Shown: positions 16,514 through 26,794 of the stretch, in pieces | How the letters are laid out: every line of letters starts with the position of its first letter | Numbering within the stretch: position 1 is the stretch's first letter | From: an uncultured Bacteroidales bacterium | Lineage (GTDB): Bacteria > Bacteroidota > Bacteroidia > Bacteroidales > WCHB1-69 | Direction: 5' to 3' | Length of the DNA stretch: 64,000 nucleotides | Assembly (NCBI GenBank): GCA_937901925.1 | Contig: CALGTS010000045.1 | Coordinates: 6,153 to 70,152 of the forward strand | Notes under the pieces: model-generated | What the model saw: the letters and a program-made list of their open reading frames with translations, nothing else | Databases searched by the model: none | Told to the model about the DNA's origin: nothing | Made by a program: the position numbers and the translations under genes

Positions 16514-18232
16514 TTATTGGATATTTGCTATCCATTGTTTAATTTCATCTAATTGAACTGCGGCGACATCCATTTTCAACTTCTTGCGCATTCCACCTAA
16601 GTCGTTCAACAATTTATTTGGATTTGCATTTTTCAATGTTTCTAAAGTGTTGAAGTTGAGTTTGCGAAGTGCAGGAATCCATACTTCAGGAACGCCGATT
16701 TCAGTAAATTGTTGGTCTGTAGAAACTTCAGCTTTCTTTTCTGGTCTCATTTGTGGGAAAAGAAGCACGTCTTGAATAGAGGCTGAATTGGTCATAATCA
16801 TAGCTAAGCGATCGATACCAATTCCTAAACCTGCAGTTGGAGGCATTCCAAATTCGAGTGCACGGAGGAAATCTTCGTCCAATACCATTGATTCTGTATC
16901 GCCACGTTTTCCCAATTCTAATTGATCTTCAAAACGTTTTCTTTGGTCAATAGGGTCGTTTAATTCAGAGTATGCGTTACAAATCTCTTTTCCATTGCAA
17001 ATTGCTTCAAAACGTTCAGTTAAACCAGGTTTTGAACGATGTTTTTTGGTAAGAGGAGACATTTCTAACGGATAATCGTAAATAAACGTAGGTTGAATCA
17101 ACTTAGATTCGCAAGTTTCACCAAAAATTTCATCAATTAATTTGCCACGTCCCATAGAAGAATCTACTTCAACGCCACATTTTTTTGCAAATTCTGCCAT
17201 TTCAGTTTCGTTCATATTAGAAACATCTACACCAGTAAAATGCTCGATGGCACCATACATTGTGAAACGTTGCCAAGGACGTTTAAAGTCGATAACATTC
17301 TCGCCTACTTGAACTTTAGTGGTTCCATGAAGAGCCATTGCTACAGCTTCTACCATCTCTTCCACCAAATTCATCATCCATTCATAATCTTTATATGCAA
17401 CGTAAAGTTCCATTTGGGTAAATTCTGGGTTGTGGAATCTATCCATACCTTCGTTGCGGAAATCTTTTGAAAATTCATAAACTCCATCAAAACCTCCAAC
17501 AATTAATCTCTTTAAATACAACTCATTTGCAATGCGCAAATAGAGTGTCATATCCAATTTGTTGTGGTGAGTTTTAAAAGGACGAGCCGCAGCACCTCCA
17601 TATAATGGTTGCAAAATTGGGGTTTCCACTTCAAGGTAACCTTTCTCATTCAAGAAGTTACGCATTGTGTTTACCAATTGTGTACGCTTGATAAATGTGT
17701 CTTTAACATGCGGATTTACAATCAAATCCACATAACGTTGACGATAACGTTGTTCTGGGTCTTGGAAAGCATCATACACCGTGCCATCTTTCTCTTTTAC
17801 AATTGGAAGAGGTTTTAACGATTTAGAAAGCAATGTAAATTCTTTCACGTGAATACTAATTTCTCCCATTTGAGTGGTAAAAACATATCCTTTTACCCCG
17901 ATAATATCTCCAATATCCAATTTTTTGAACACGGAATTATACATAGATTTATCTTCACCAGGGCAAATTTCATCTCTTTTTACATAAATTTGGATCTTTC
18001 CATGAGCATCTTGGAGCTCATAGAAAGAAACTGCACCCATAATACGCTGACTCATAATTCTTCCCGCAAAACTAATGTCTTGAAAAAGGGTATTGTCTTG
18101 TGGAAATTTCTCTTGAATCTCTTTGGTTGTAACATTTACTTCGTAAGTTGGGGCAGGATATGAGTTGATGCCGAGTTGAAGAAATGTGTCTAATTTCTGA
18201 CGTCTGATAATCTCTTGTTCGCTTAATTCCAT
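16514..18232 (-). CDS. lysS: lysine--tRNA ligase, class II, with a C-terminal extension
   Basis: OB-fold N-domain and class II motifs ([37 protein letters not shown]). The track start at 18262 is TTG; the ATG at 18232 ([14 protein letters not shown]) follows a TACCTTTG motif. Confidence 0.9.
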   Translation of the reverse strand: MELSEQEIIRRQKLDTFLQLGINSYPAPTYEVNVTTKEIQEKFPQDNTLFQDISFAGRIMSQRIMGAVSFYELQDAHGKIQIYVKRDEICPGEDKSMYNSVFKKLDIGDIIGVKGYVFTTQMGEISIHVKEFTLLSKSLKPLPIVKEKDGTVYDAFQDPEQRYRQRYVDLIVNPHVKDTFIKRTQLVNTMRNFLNEKGYLEVETPILQPLYGGAAARPFKTHHNKLDMTLYLRIANELYLKRLIVGGFDGVYEFSKDFRNEGMDRFHNPEFTQMELYVAYKDYEWMMNLVEEMVEAVAMALHGTTKVQVGENVIDFKRPWQRFTMYGAIEHFTGVDVSNMNETEMAEFAKKCGVEVDSSMGRGKLIDEIFGETCESKLIQPTFIYDYPLEMSPLTKKHRSKPGLTERFEAICNGKEICNAYSELNDPIDQRKRFEDQLELGKRGDTESMVLDEDFLRALEFGMPPTAGLGIGIDRLAMIMTNSASIQDVLLFPQMRPEKKAEVSTDQQFTEIGVPEVWIPALRKLNFNTLETLKNANPNKLLNDLGGMRKKLKMDVAAVQLDEIKQWIANIQ

Positions 18233-18259
18233 TGTTTTACATTTATTTTTTTTCGGGGG

Positions 18260-18267
18260 CAAAGGTA
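18260..18267 (-). promoter_or_regulatory. Bacteroidota -7 promoter motif (TAnnTTTG)
   Basis: TACCTTTG on the minus strand, 28 nt upstream of the ATG at 18232. Confidence 0.5.
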
Positions 18268-18393
18268 CATTAAAAATTGATATAACACGCCTAAAAAATG
18301 ACTGAAAAATAGGTTGAACTAAATAAAAATAAATCTGTTTTTTTTATAGGATTTTCTTTTTGGAAAAGAAGTATTAAAACAACGTTTTTTTTG

Positions 18394-18401
18394 TAATTTT
18401 G
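18394..18401 (+). promoter_or_regulatory. Bacteroidota -7 promoter motif (TAnnTTTG)
   Basis: TAATTTTG, 72 nt upstream of the ATG at 18473. Confidence 0.4.
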
Positions 18402-18472
18402 CAGTTTGAAACTTCTAGTGAATAAAAAGAAAAAATTAGTCCGTAAATTATTAATAAACAAAAATTTACATT

Positions 18473-19090
18473 ATGAAAAGAGTATTATTATCTTTAGCAA
18501 TCGCTTTTTTTGCTACGACAATGATTTTTGCACAAAAAGCACAAGAGACAGTTTTGAAATTTGATAAACAAGAGATTAGTGGTTATACTATTTCTTTTTC
18601 TGAACTACCTGTAGAAACAGTAGTAGCTGCAATTGACGAAAAAATGCAGAAAGCTGTAGGGAAAAAACCAAGTAGTCAAAAGGGTTATAATGTATATATA
18701 AATCAAAAATTTTCAGAGTTTGGCACAGAAAGTTACGATATATACTACAAAGTGGAAGAACGTGGTAAACGAGATATGAAAAATGTTACTATCGAATTTT
18801 TCGTTTGTAAAGGTAATTTAAATGCAATTAGTTCTACTACAGATCCTGTTGTATCGGAGAGAATTTTGATATTCTTGACAGGATTGAAAGATCATTCAAT
18901 CAATTATCATACAAATCAACAAATTATTGCGTTGAATAACAAACTTATTAAAGCAAGAGAAGAGAGCAAAACATATTCTGAAAAGATGAGTAAATTGCAG
19001 AAAGAGATGAATGCACTCGAACTTAAAAAGAAGGAACTTGATGAGGAAATTAAGAAAATGGAGGAAGAACTAAATAGTAAAAAGCAATAA
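18473..19090 (+). CDS. hypothetical secreted protein with a C-terminal coiled coil
   Basis: Signal peptide MKRVLLSLAIAFFATTMIFAQ, a 130-aa globular part, then the K/E-rich heptad region KMSKLQKEMNALELKKKELDEEIKKMEEEL. No recognisable family. Confidence 0.55.
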   Translation: MKRVLLSLAIAFFATTMIFAQKAQETVLKFDKQEISGYTISFSELPVETVVAAIDEKMQKAVGKKPSSQKGYNVYINQKFSEFGTESYDIYYKVEERGKRDMKNVTIEFFVCKGNLNAISSTTDPVVSERILIFLTGLKDHSINYHTNQQIIALNNKLIKAREESKTYSEKMSKLQKEMNALELKKKELDEEIKKMEEELNSKKQ

Positions 19091-19092
19091 AA

Positions 19093-20496
19093 ATGGAAAA
19101 TCAAAAATTTGATCTTATCGTTATAGGAAGCGGTCCTGGTGGTTATGTTGCTGCTATCCGTGCTTCTCAGTTGAATATGAATGTGGCCGTTGTGGAACGT
19201 GCAGAATTGGGCGGAATCTGTCTTAATTGGGGGTGTATTCCTACTAAAGCATTATTGAAATCTGCACAAGTTTATAATTATACTAAACATCTTGAAAATT
19301 ACGGAATCAAGTTGGAAGGCGCTGTTACTGCCGATTTTGAAGCTGTGGTGAAAAGAAGTCGTGGTGTGGCGGAAACAATGAGCAAAGGTGTTCAATTTCT
19401 TTTGAAGAAAAATAAAGTTACCGTTATCAATGGCTTTGGAAAAATTGAGAAGGAACATAAGGTTTTAGTGACCGATGCAGAGGGAAATGAAACTCGTTAT
19501 GAGGCAGAACATATTATTTTAGCGACAGGCGCACGTTCACGCCAGTTGCCTCATATTCCGCAAGATGGAAAGAAAATTATTGGCTATCGAGAAGCTCTTA
19601 CACTTCCCCAATTGCCAAAATCAATGGTGGTAATGGGTTCTGGTGCAATCGGAAGCGAGTTTGCTTATTTCTACGCAAGTATGGGAACTGCCGTTACGCT
19701 TGTTGAGTTTTTGCCTCGTATCGTGCCTGTGGAAGATGAAGAGATCTCTAAACAGTTAGAGCGCTCCTTTAAAAAATTCGGTATCAAGGTGATGACCTCT
19801 TCTTCTGTAGAAAAGGTGGATACAACAGGCGAAGGTTGCAAGGTTACTATTAAAGATGCAAAAGAGAAAATTACAGAAGTGGAATGCGATGTGGTTCTCT
19901 CAGCTGTTGGCGTAGCTACCAATATCGAAGGTATCGGTTTGGAAGAGTATGGGGTAGCTACAGAAAGAGGTAAAGTGCTGGTTGATGATTATTATCAAAC
20001 CAATTGCCCTGGCGTTTACGCTATTGGTGACATCGTGCATGGACCAGCATTGGCGCACGTAGCTTCCCACGAAGCACTTGTTTGCGTTGAAAAGATTGCA
20101 GGCCTTAATCCACATCCTACCGATTATAAGCATATTCCAGGTTGTACCTACACAACTCCAGAAGTAGCTTCTGTGGGTATGACAGAACAAGCTTGCGCTC
20201 AAGCAGGTCGCGAAGTCTTGATTGGAAAGTTTCCATTTACAGCTTCTGGAAAAGCAACCGCTGCCGGAAGTAGAGATGGTATGGTGAAAGTTATTTTCGA
20301 TAAGGGAACTGGCGAATGGTTGGGCTGTCACTTAATTGGTGATAATGTTACAGAGATGATTTCTGGCGCAGTTGTTGCAATGATTCAAAAGGTTACGGTT
20401 AAAGATCTCTTGAATGCAGTTCACCCTCACCCAACATTGTCTGAAGCAATTATGGAAGCCGCTGCCGCCGCTTGTAACGAAGCTATTCACATCTAA
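19093..20496 (+). CDS. lpdA: dihydrolipoyl dehydrogenase (E3)
   Basis: GSGPGGYVAAIRA (FAD), redox-active GGICLNWGCIPTK, GSGAIGSEFA (NAD) and C-terminal HPHPTLSE. Confidence 0.9.
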   Translation: MENQKFDLIVIGSGPGGYVAAIRASQLNMNVAVVERAELGGICLNWGCIPTKALLKSAQVYNYTKHLENYGIKLEGAVTADFEAVVKRSRGVAETMSKGVQFLLKKNKVTVINGFGKIEKEHKVLVTDAEGNETRYEAEHIILATGARSRQLPHIPQDGKKIIGYREALTLPQLPKSMVVMGSGAIGSEFAYFYASMGTAVTLVEFLPRIVPVEDEEISKQLERSFKKFGIKVMTSSSVEKVDTTGEGCKVTIKDAKEKITEVECDVVLSAVGVATNIEGIGLEEYGVATERGKVLVDDYYQTNCPGVYAIGDIVHGPALAHVASHEALVCVEKIAGLNPHPTDYKHIPGCTYTTPEVASVGMTEQACAQAGREVLIGKFPFTASGKATAAGSRDGMVKVIFDKGTGEWLGCHLIGDNVTEMISGAVVAMIQKVTVKDLLNAVHPHPTLSEAIMEAAAAACNEAIHI

Positions 20497-20515
20497 TATT
20501 AACATTCATCTAAAT

Positions 20516-21415
20516 ATGAAATCCCATATTCTAACTCTTTTCCTCCTGATAAGTTCATTTCTTGGATATTCTCAAAATGATTTTTCAGAGGAAAAAGATT
20601 ATCAGGATATGGGATTTGAATTTTTTATTGGTGGTGGTGCCTATTGGGGAAGTAAGGTAACTGCAGAATATTATAATGGCGCCCCATACAACGAAAATAA
20701 TCTGGATTATATTCTCAAAAATAGATATTGGTACGACGAAATTAATAGGATTATTCACGATTCTTATCCCCAAGCAATGGGAGATTCCATTTGGATTGAG
20801 GATTATCCTTCCAATATGCGTTATAAAATGTCTTTTAATATTGCAATTGGATTTAGATATAGGTTCAATAAAAATTGGGGATTGGTACTCAATAATATGG
20901 TTTCTCGCCTTACAGCTTCCGATGTTTTTCTGTTGCATTTTCCTACTTTGGAAGGGAATCAGCGTAATGATTATGCTATTGAAAATATTATAGGAAAAGA
21001 GGATCGCTTTTTGATAGATCTGGGCGTTTCTTATACGATGCATCCTCATAAAGCAATTAAACCTTTTTTTGAATTGGGAGTTCAGTTTAATTATTTAAAA
21101 GTCAAAGAGTTTAAAGCTGTTTTTGAATATAATACCCAAAATGAACAAGAGTATAATCTGCTCAATTTATATCAAGGAAGTAGTTATGTACCAGGAATGC
21201 AACAAGGTGCTACGAATGTGATTTGGGGTGGTCCAGGCTTCGGCTTTTCTGGTGTTTTTGGCGTTAAAATTTTATTCAATGATGATATATCTATCGACCC
21301 GTTATTCTATTGCTCAATGAGCCGTTTTGGGTTGGAAGGATATAAGCAATTTTGTTTTAATTATGGGGTTACGGTACGCCTAACAATGAGCGACCGAGCC
21401 TTTTTAAGAAAGTAA
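20516..21415 (+). CDS. hypothetical outer-membrane beta-barrel-like protein
   Basis: An internal ATG at 20516 gives the signal peptide MKSHILTLFLLISSFLGYSQ. The sequence is aromatic/Gly-rich with an alternating pattern. The track's longer ORF overlaps the lpdA 3' end. Confidence 0.5.
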   Translation: MKSHILTLFLLISSFLGYSQNDFSEEKDYQDMGFEFFIGGGAYWGSKVTAEYYNGAPYNENNLDYILKNRYWYDEINRIIHDSYPQAMGDSIWIEDYPSNMRYKMSFNIAIGFRYRFNKNWGLVLNNMVSRLTASDVFLLHFPTLEGNQRNDYAIENIIGKEDRFLIDLGVSYTMHPHKAIKPFFELGVQFNYLKVKEFKAVFEYNTQNEQEYNLLNLYQGSSYVPGMQQGATNVIWGGPGFGFSGVFGVKILFNDDISIDPLFYCSMSRFGLEGYKQFCFNYGVTVRLTMSDRAFLRK

Positions 21416-21421
21416 GAAATT

Positions 21422-22216
21422 ATGGAATGGTTCCAAGCTTTGATATTAGGCCTTATTCAGGGATTAACAGAATTTTTGCCCGTTAGTAGTAGTGGACATC
21501 TAATTTTAGGAAAAGAGATTTTAGAAATTGAAATTGAGGAGAACGTTGCGTTTGAAACGTTGGTGCATTGCGCTACCGTTTTGAGTACAATTACTATTTT
21601 GTGGAAAGATATTTGGCAATTATTCAAGAATCTATTCAAATTTGAATGGAATGTCGAAACACAATATATCGCGAAAATCTGTATCTCAATGATACCAATC
21701 TTCATTGTTGGTGTTTTCTTTAAAGATACTGTTAAAAGTTTGTTTGGTGAAGGCATTGTACTAGTAGGTACAATGTTGTTAGTAACGGCCACTTTGCTTT
21801 CATTAACCTATTTTGTGAAGTTCAAACAGCAAAAACCTGTGGGTTGGTGGTCTGCGCTAATTATTGGTTTGTCGCAAGCTATTGCTGTATTGCCAGGCCT
21901 TTCTCGCTCGGGAACAACTATCGCTACAGGTTTACTCTTAGGTGTAAAAAAAGAGGAAGTTGCTAAATTTTCTTTCTTAATGGTATTGATTCCAATTTTA
22001 GGTGAAACATTATTGGCAGCAGTGGGTGGCGATTTCTCAATGTCTAATTCAGGAATCCCCTTTTCATCGCTTGTGTGTGGTTTTCTCGCTGCATATATTT
22101 CTGGTTGCTTGGCTTGTAAAGGAATGATTGAAATTGTAAAACGTGCAAATTTGCTTTGGTTTGCAGGTTATTGCGCTATTGTAGGTGTTATCGCTTTAAT
22201 TTGTAGTTTATGTTAA
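21422..22216 (+). CDS. uppP: undecaprenyl-diphosphate phosphatase
   Basis: LGLIQGLTEFLPVSSSGHL and PGLSRSGTTI are BacA/UppP signatures. Confidence 0.9.
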   Translation: MEWFQALILGLIQGLTEFLPVSSSGHLILGKEILEIEIEENVAFETLVHCATVLSTITILWKDIWQLFKNLFKFEWNVETQYIAKICISMIPIFIVGVFFKDTVKSLFGEGIVLVGTMLLVTATLLSLTYFVKFKQQKPVGWWSALIIGLSQAIAVLPGLSRSGTTIATGLLLGVKKEEVAKFSFLMVLIPILGETLLAAVGGDFSMSNSGIPFSSLVCGFLAAYISGCLACKGMIEIVKRANLLWFAGYCAIVGVIALICSLC

Positions 22217-22932
22217 CGAAAATCATTCATCAAGGGAGGATTAATCTGCCTCAAATGGACTTAAATACAGAAGGTGATGTAATCTTATTAGATAAACCTG
22301 AACGTTGTACCTCTTTCGATTTAGTTGCTAAAATAAAAACTTATATTAGAAAAAATTATAAGCAGAAGATTAAGGTTGGCCACGCAGGAACTTTAGATCC
22401 GATGGCTAGTGGTTTGATGATTGTGTGCATTGGAAAATTTACAAAAAAAATTGAGAGTTTTCAGGCGCAGGAAAAAGAATATACAGGTACGTTTTGTGTA
22501 GGGGCAACGACTCCAAGTTTCGATTTGGAAAAACCTATAGATGAAACTTTTCCGTTTGAACATATCACTCACGAGATGGCGATTGAAAAAGCTAAGGAGT
22601 TTTTGGGTGATATTGAGCAAGTTCCACCGCAATATTCTGCCGTTTGGATTAACGGGCGACGTGCTTTTGATTACGCACGCGAAAATGAAGAGGTGGAGAT
22701 TAAACCGAAAAATATCAATATAAGTATATTTGAAATCACTCGTTTTGAGTTGCCCTATATAGATTTCAGAATAGTTTGTTCTAAAGGAACTTACATTCGT
22801 TCTATTGCTCGAGATTTTGGTTATGCCTTAGGAAGTGGAGCACACCTTACCGCACTACGACGCACTCGTATTGGCAACTTTCATGTGGATAATGCTATTA
22901 AAATGGTGAAAGAAAATCAATCAATCGATTAG
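22210..22932 (+). CDS. truB: tRNA pseudouridine(55) synthase
   Basis: LLDKPERCTSFD, catalytic GHAGTLDPMASGL and QVPPQYSA. Confidence 0.9.
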   Translation: MLTKIIHQGRINLPQMDLNTEGDVILLDKPERCTSFDLVAKIKTYIRKNYKQKIKVGHAGTLDPMASGLMIVCIGKFTKKIESFQAQEKEYTGTFCVGATTPSFDLEKPIDETFPFEHITHEMAIEKAKEFLGDIEQVPPQYSAVWINGRRAFDYARENEEVEIKPKNINISIFEITRFELPYIDFRIVCSKGTYIRSIARDFGYALGSGAHLTALRRTRIGNFHVDNAIKMVKENQSID

Positions 22933-25238
22933 AAACTCCAACTAAATCCTACAGAATAAAGTAAAGGTAATTGATAGATTTTTCCATTGGTTACGCGGTC
23001 AACATAGAAGATGTTTTTGTAATTATAAACATTGGTAACCGACCCGCTTAATTCTATCAAATTTCTTTCCCCAATGTAAAATTTCTTCTTGATGCTTAAA
23101 TCAAGTCTATGATAATCAGGAAGTTTTCCTTTATTTAGTTCGTCTAACAAGAAGTAAATCTCTTCATTTTCTCCAATAATATCACCGCCTATACTATTGC
23201 CTCCTGTTAAGTGAGGATAAGCCACTTGCGTTTGGGTGTAAGGAAAACCGCTACCATAGTTCCAGCGTATGTCTGCTTGCCAAGTTTTGCGTTCCTTTTT
23301 ACCCCAAGCATACGATACCATTATATTTAGGTTGTGGCGACGATCAAAGTGCGGTTTATAGTGAACTTTTCCATCAAAACGATTTACCCATCCTAGAGAG
23401 TAAACACCCCAAAAATAGAAGTTTTTGTAATCAAATTTGAGGGTTAAATCACCACCAAAAGCATTTCCTTTTTCCCAAATGTAATCGGAAGCTTCTTCAA
23501 GTATTTTATATCGGTTTAGCGATGTTAATTGTGAGAAGTTTTTATAATAGCCCTCAATGTTGATGGTGGTATATTTGATGAGGTCACATTCAAAACCTAA
23601 AATAATATGTTGTGCTTTTTGTAATGTATTTCTCATATTTTTTCCATCGAAAGTTCGTGGTAATCCATCAGGACTAGATAAAAATCCAGTGAAAAGGCTC
23701 ACGACATCTCGGTCAGAAGTAACAGTAATAAAGTTTTGTGAGTACAAACCTGCCGCTAATTTTACGCGGAAATCTTTGTTAATGTTGTATTTAAAAGAGA
23801 TTCGAGGTTCTGGAGAAGAGCAACTAAGTGATGCGTAATATTGCATTCTGAATCCAGGTTCAATAATCAATTTATCGCGGAAGTTATATTTATATTTGGC
23901 AAATAAAGCAATATCTGTGGTGTAGTCATTTTGATTGATAATAGTTCCAGATTTTGCGGCGTATGAGTAGTTAGCAAGGTATCCCGTAACGTCAAAACCT
24001 ACCTTTAAAATACTCTTTTTGATGTAATAATTGAAATTTAAAGTTACTAAAAATCCATTTAATGAACTCTTTTTAGCAAGTGAACTATCCGTTGGGTCAA
24101 GGTTATAAACAAAATTATAATCACCCATTTGGGATTGATATTTGGAGTATGAAATTGCACCTTCAATAGAGCAAGGAACTTCTCCTGGAATAATGATAAA
24201 GTTAGTACCCAAGCCCCAATTGTTCCATTTATAACGGGTAATAGATGGAAAATCAACTTCATCATCAAAATTAAAGCCAAATAGATTTAATTTTGTTCCC
24301 ATTTGGGTGGTTAAAGATAGTTTTCCGTAAAAATCTAAATAGTTGTAAGGTAAGCCTTGTTCGCCTACGTATGGATAGAAAATTTTAGAACTTTGTTCCA
24401 AGAAAGAACCTTTTGCCGAAAGAATAAAGCTTAGTGCAGTTTTTCTATCATCTTTTAATTTAATAATCGGACCTTCTAGTAATGCTTTGGCACCGAATGG
24501 ATTGAGATCTAATTTTCCTGCAATTCTTTTCTTATTGCCATCTCTTGTTTTTATGTTCATAATGGAGGAGATGCGTCCGCCAAATTCTGCATTGTATCCC
24601 CCCGTATAAATATCTGCTGAACTGATAATTTCTGTGTCAAAAACAGAAAAAAGGCCAATGGAGTGAAATGGATTGTAGATTAACATTCCATCCATTAAAA
24701 GCATATTTTGAATTGGGGTTCCTCCGCGAACGTAAAGCTGCCCCCCTTGGTCGCCTGTAGATACGATACCCGGCAAAATTTGTAAGTATTGCGCAAAGTC
24801 AGGTTGACCGCCAATAGATGGCATTTTTGCCATATCTTTAGGAGCAATGCTGATTACAGATGTGCGCGTTTCTTGAACCCGACGTTGCCCCTCTACCGAG
24901 ATTTCAACCTTGTCTAACTGACTTTTAGCAGGTATAAGTCCGTAGCGTTTTGTTATTGTTTTTCCCGTAAATTGAATGGTGTCAATAATTGGGTTGTATC
25001 CGAATAGCGATATGCTGACAATCTGTTTACCAGCAGGAATATTATCAATGATAAATCCTCCATTGTCATCAGAAAGTGCCCCTAACGAGGTTCCTTGTAT
25101 GTGAATTGTAGCATATTTGGCAGATTCTCCAGAAGTTTCGTCGTATAAAACACCTTTTAAAGTGCTATTTTGTGCAAAAGATAAATTGCAAAACACTAAA
25201 AATCCGATTGTTATAGCTAATAGATATAGTTTTCTCAT
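22929..25238 (-). CDS. TonB-dependent receptor with an N-terminal CarboxypepD_reg-like domain
   Basis: The ATG at 25238 gives the signal peptide MRKLYLLAITIGFLVFCNLSFAQ. This is followed by a carboxypeptidase-regulatory-like domain, a plug region (DFAQYLQILPGIVSTGDQGGQLYVRGG) and a long beta-barrel ending in ...SVGFSWSF. Confidence 0.8.
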   Translation of the reverse strand: MRKLYLLAITIGFLVFCNLSFAQNSTLKGVLYDETSGESAKYATIHIQGTSLGALSDDNGGFIIDNIPAGKQIVSISLFGYNPIIDTIQFTGKTITKRYGLIPAKSQLDKVEISVEGQRRVQETRTSVISIAPKDMAKMPSIGGQPDFAQYLQILPGIVSTGDQGGQLYVRGGTPIQNMLLMDGMLIYNPFHSIGLFSVFDTEIISSADIYTGGYNAEFGGRISSIMNIKTRDGNKKRIAGKLDLNPFGAKALLEGPIIKLKDDRKTALSFILSAKGSFLEQSSKIFYPYVGEQGLPYNYLDFYGKLSLTTQMGTKLNLFGFNFDDEVDFPSITRYKWNNWGLGTNFIIIPGEVPCSIEGAISYSKYQSQMGDYNFVYNLDPTDSSLAKKSSLNGFLVTLNFNYYIKKSILKVGFDVTGYLANYSYAAKSGTIINQNDYTTDIALFAKYKYNFRDKLIIEPGFRMQYYASLSCSSPEPRISFKYNINKDFRVKLAAGLYSQNFITVTSDRDVVSLFTGFLSSPDGLPRTFDGKNMRNTLQKAQHIILGFECDLIKYTTINIEGYYKNFSQLTSLNRYKILEEASDYIWEKGNAFGGDLTLKFDYKNFYFWGVYSLGWVNRFDGKVHYKPHFDRRHNLNIMVSYAWGKKERKTWQADIRWNYGSGFPYTQTQVAYPHLTGGNSIGGDIIGENEEIYFLLDELNKGKLPDYHRLDLSIKKKFYIGERNLIELSGSVTNVYNYKNIFYVDRVTNGKIYQLPLLYSVGFSWSF

Positions 25239-25256
25239 AAATATTATTAAAGGATG

Positions 25257-25264
25257 CAAAAATA
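25257..25264 (-). promoter_or_regulatory. Bacteroidota -7 promoter motif (TAnnTTTG)
   Basis: TATTTTTG on the minus strand, 19 nt upstream of the ATG at 25238. It overlaps the first codon of the track's longer ORF (start 25259). Confidence 0.5.
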
Positions 25265-25281
25265 TAAAAAAAGCATGATAA

Positions 25282-26790
25282 TCAGAGGGTTTTACGCAAG
25301 GTAATTCTCATCGTAGTTCCGTGCTCTAATGCTGTAGATTTAACAAAGAGTTTTCCCTTATGATATTCCTGAATAATTCTTTTGGCTAAGGTAAGCCCTA
25401 ATCCCCAACCTCTTTTTTTTGAGGTGTAGCCAGGATTGAAAATGGTTTTTATATTTTTTGAGGAGATTCCTTTTCCAGTATCTGTAATGTCGATGTGTAG
25501 ATGAGCATTTTCTTCAAAAAGTTCAATCAAAATTACTCCTTTACCATCCATGGCGTCAACAGAGTTTTTGCAAAGATTTTCAATTACCCATTCAAAAAGA
25601 TATTTGTTGATAGGAATTTTTAGATTTTCGATGCCATTATGGTTGATATTAATGGTTACTTTTGATGAAATTCTTGATTGTAGATAGAGAACAAATTCAT
25701 TGATTACGGTAACAATATCTTCCTCTTTCATTTCGGGTACAGAACCAATTTTTGAGAAGCGTTGAGCAATGGTTTCTAATCGATTTAGGTCTTTCTGCAT
25801 TTCGTGAGTGATTGTAGGGTCCACATTCATCTCTTTTAAAAGTTCGTTCCACGCCAATAGCGAGGAGATAGGTGTACCTAATTGATGTGCAGTTTCTTTT
25901 GACATTCCTACCCAAACTTGGTTTTGTTCCGATTTTCGCGAAACACTAAACATCAAGTAAGCAATCATCGCAAAAGCTATAATAATAAACATCTGAATGA
26001 AAGGAAAATAGCGAAGTTGTTTTAAAATTACAGATTCTTCATACAACACATAGCATTTGCCTTGTTGTGGCAATTCAATCATAATCGGAGTGTTTTCCGC
26101 CTGCATTGATTCAATTAAAGCTGCACATTGCTTAGCATTGTTAATTTTATTACTATCCACATTTCCGCAAGTAATTACGTGTCGCATCGTGCTATCTGTA
26201 ATAATTACGGGTACTGATGCTTCGTTGATGACAACCTCTTGGAAAAATGATTGTACTAAGTTGTCAATCATCATTTTTAAATCAGAATAGATTTGCGATT
26301 CTTTGTAGTAAATGATGTTATATTCATTTTGGTAGTAGTAGGTAATAATGCTATCGTAAAGTTTTTTTTCTTCACCTAATTCATTGATATTTTTATAATT
26401 ATGAATTTTTGAATCCACATTTACGGCACAATTAATCTCACCTTCTGGCGAAGTTATAATTGTGGGTATTGTGGAGTTAGAGGTGATGATGTTGATATAG
26501 AAATTGATATCTTCATCAAATGAACTTTCGTTCACTTTTTCCATTGCTTGTGCCAAAATAGAGGCACGTTTTCCCTCTTCAATACGAATATTGTCGAAGA
26601 AAGCATCGGTATGTGTAACAATTTCAGCTTTGTAAGTAATAGCATCAGCCCAAACAGCAATTTTTTTACGTTCCTCTGCTGCTATGTTATTGATAATTTT
26701 GTTAGAATAGATGAAAAAAAACACAAAAATGAGCGTGGCTGATGCAAAAAGCAACCACTTCCAGCGCCTTTTTGTGTTGTAAATCTTCAT
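25282..26790 (-). CDS. orphan sensor histidine kinase with a large extracytoplasmic domain
   Basis: TM1 is WLLFASATLIFVFFFIY and TM2 is FIQMFIIIAFAMIAYLMF, about 240 aa apart. H-box ETAHQLGTPISSL, N-box VIENLCKNSVDA, G-box GWGLGLTLAK. No response regulator gene is adjacent. Confidence 0.8.
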   Translation of the reverse strand: MKIYNTKRRWKWLLFASATLIFVFFFIYSNKIINNIAAEERKKIAVWADAITYKAEIVTHTDAFFDNIRIEEGKRASILAQAMEKVNESSFDEDINFYINIITSNSTIPTIITSPEGEINCAVNVDSKIHNYKNINELGEEKKLYDSIITYYYQNEYNIIYYKESQIYSDLKMMIDNLVQSFFQEVVINEASVPVIITDSTMRHVITCGNVDSNKINNAKQCAALIESMQAENTPIMIELPQQGKCYVLYEESVILKQLRYFPFIQMFIIIAFAMIAYLMFSVSRKSEQNQVWVGMSKETAHQLGTPISSLLAWNELLKEMNVDPTITHEMQKDLNRLETIAQRFSKIGSVPEMKEEDIVTVINEFVLYLQSRISSKVTININHNGIENLKIPINKYLFEWVIENLCKNSVDAMDGKGVILIELFEENAHLHIDITDTGKGISSKNIKTIFNPGYTSKKRGWGLGLTLAKRIIQEYHKGKLFVKSTALEHGTTMRITLRKTL

Positions 26791-26794
26791 ATAA

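Noticed and set aside
16514-16740. C-terminal extension of about 75 aa on LysRS
   Set aside because: As far as I recall, class II LysRS of Bacteroidota commonly is about 575 aa with such an extension. It is not unusual for the phylum.
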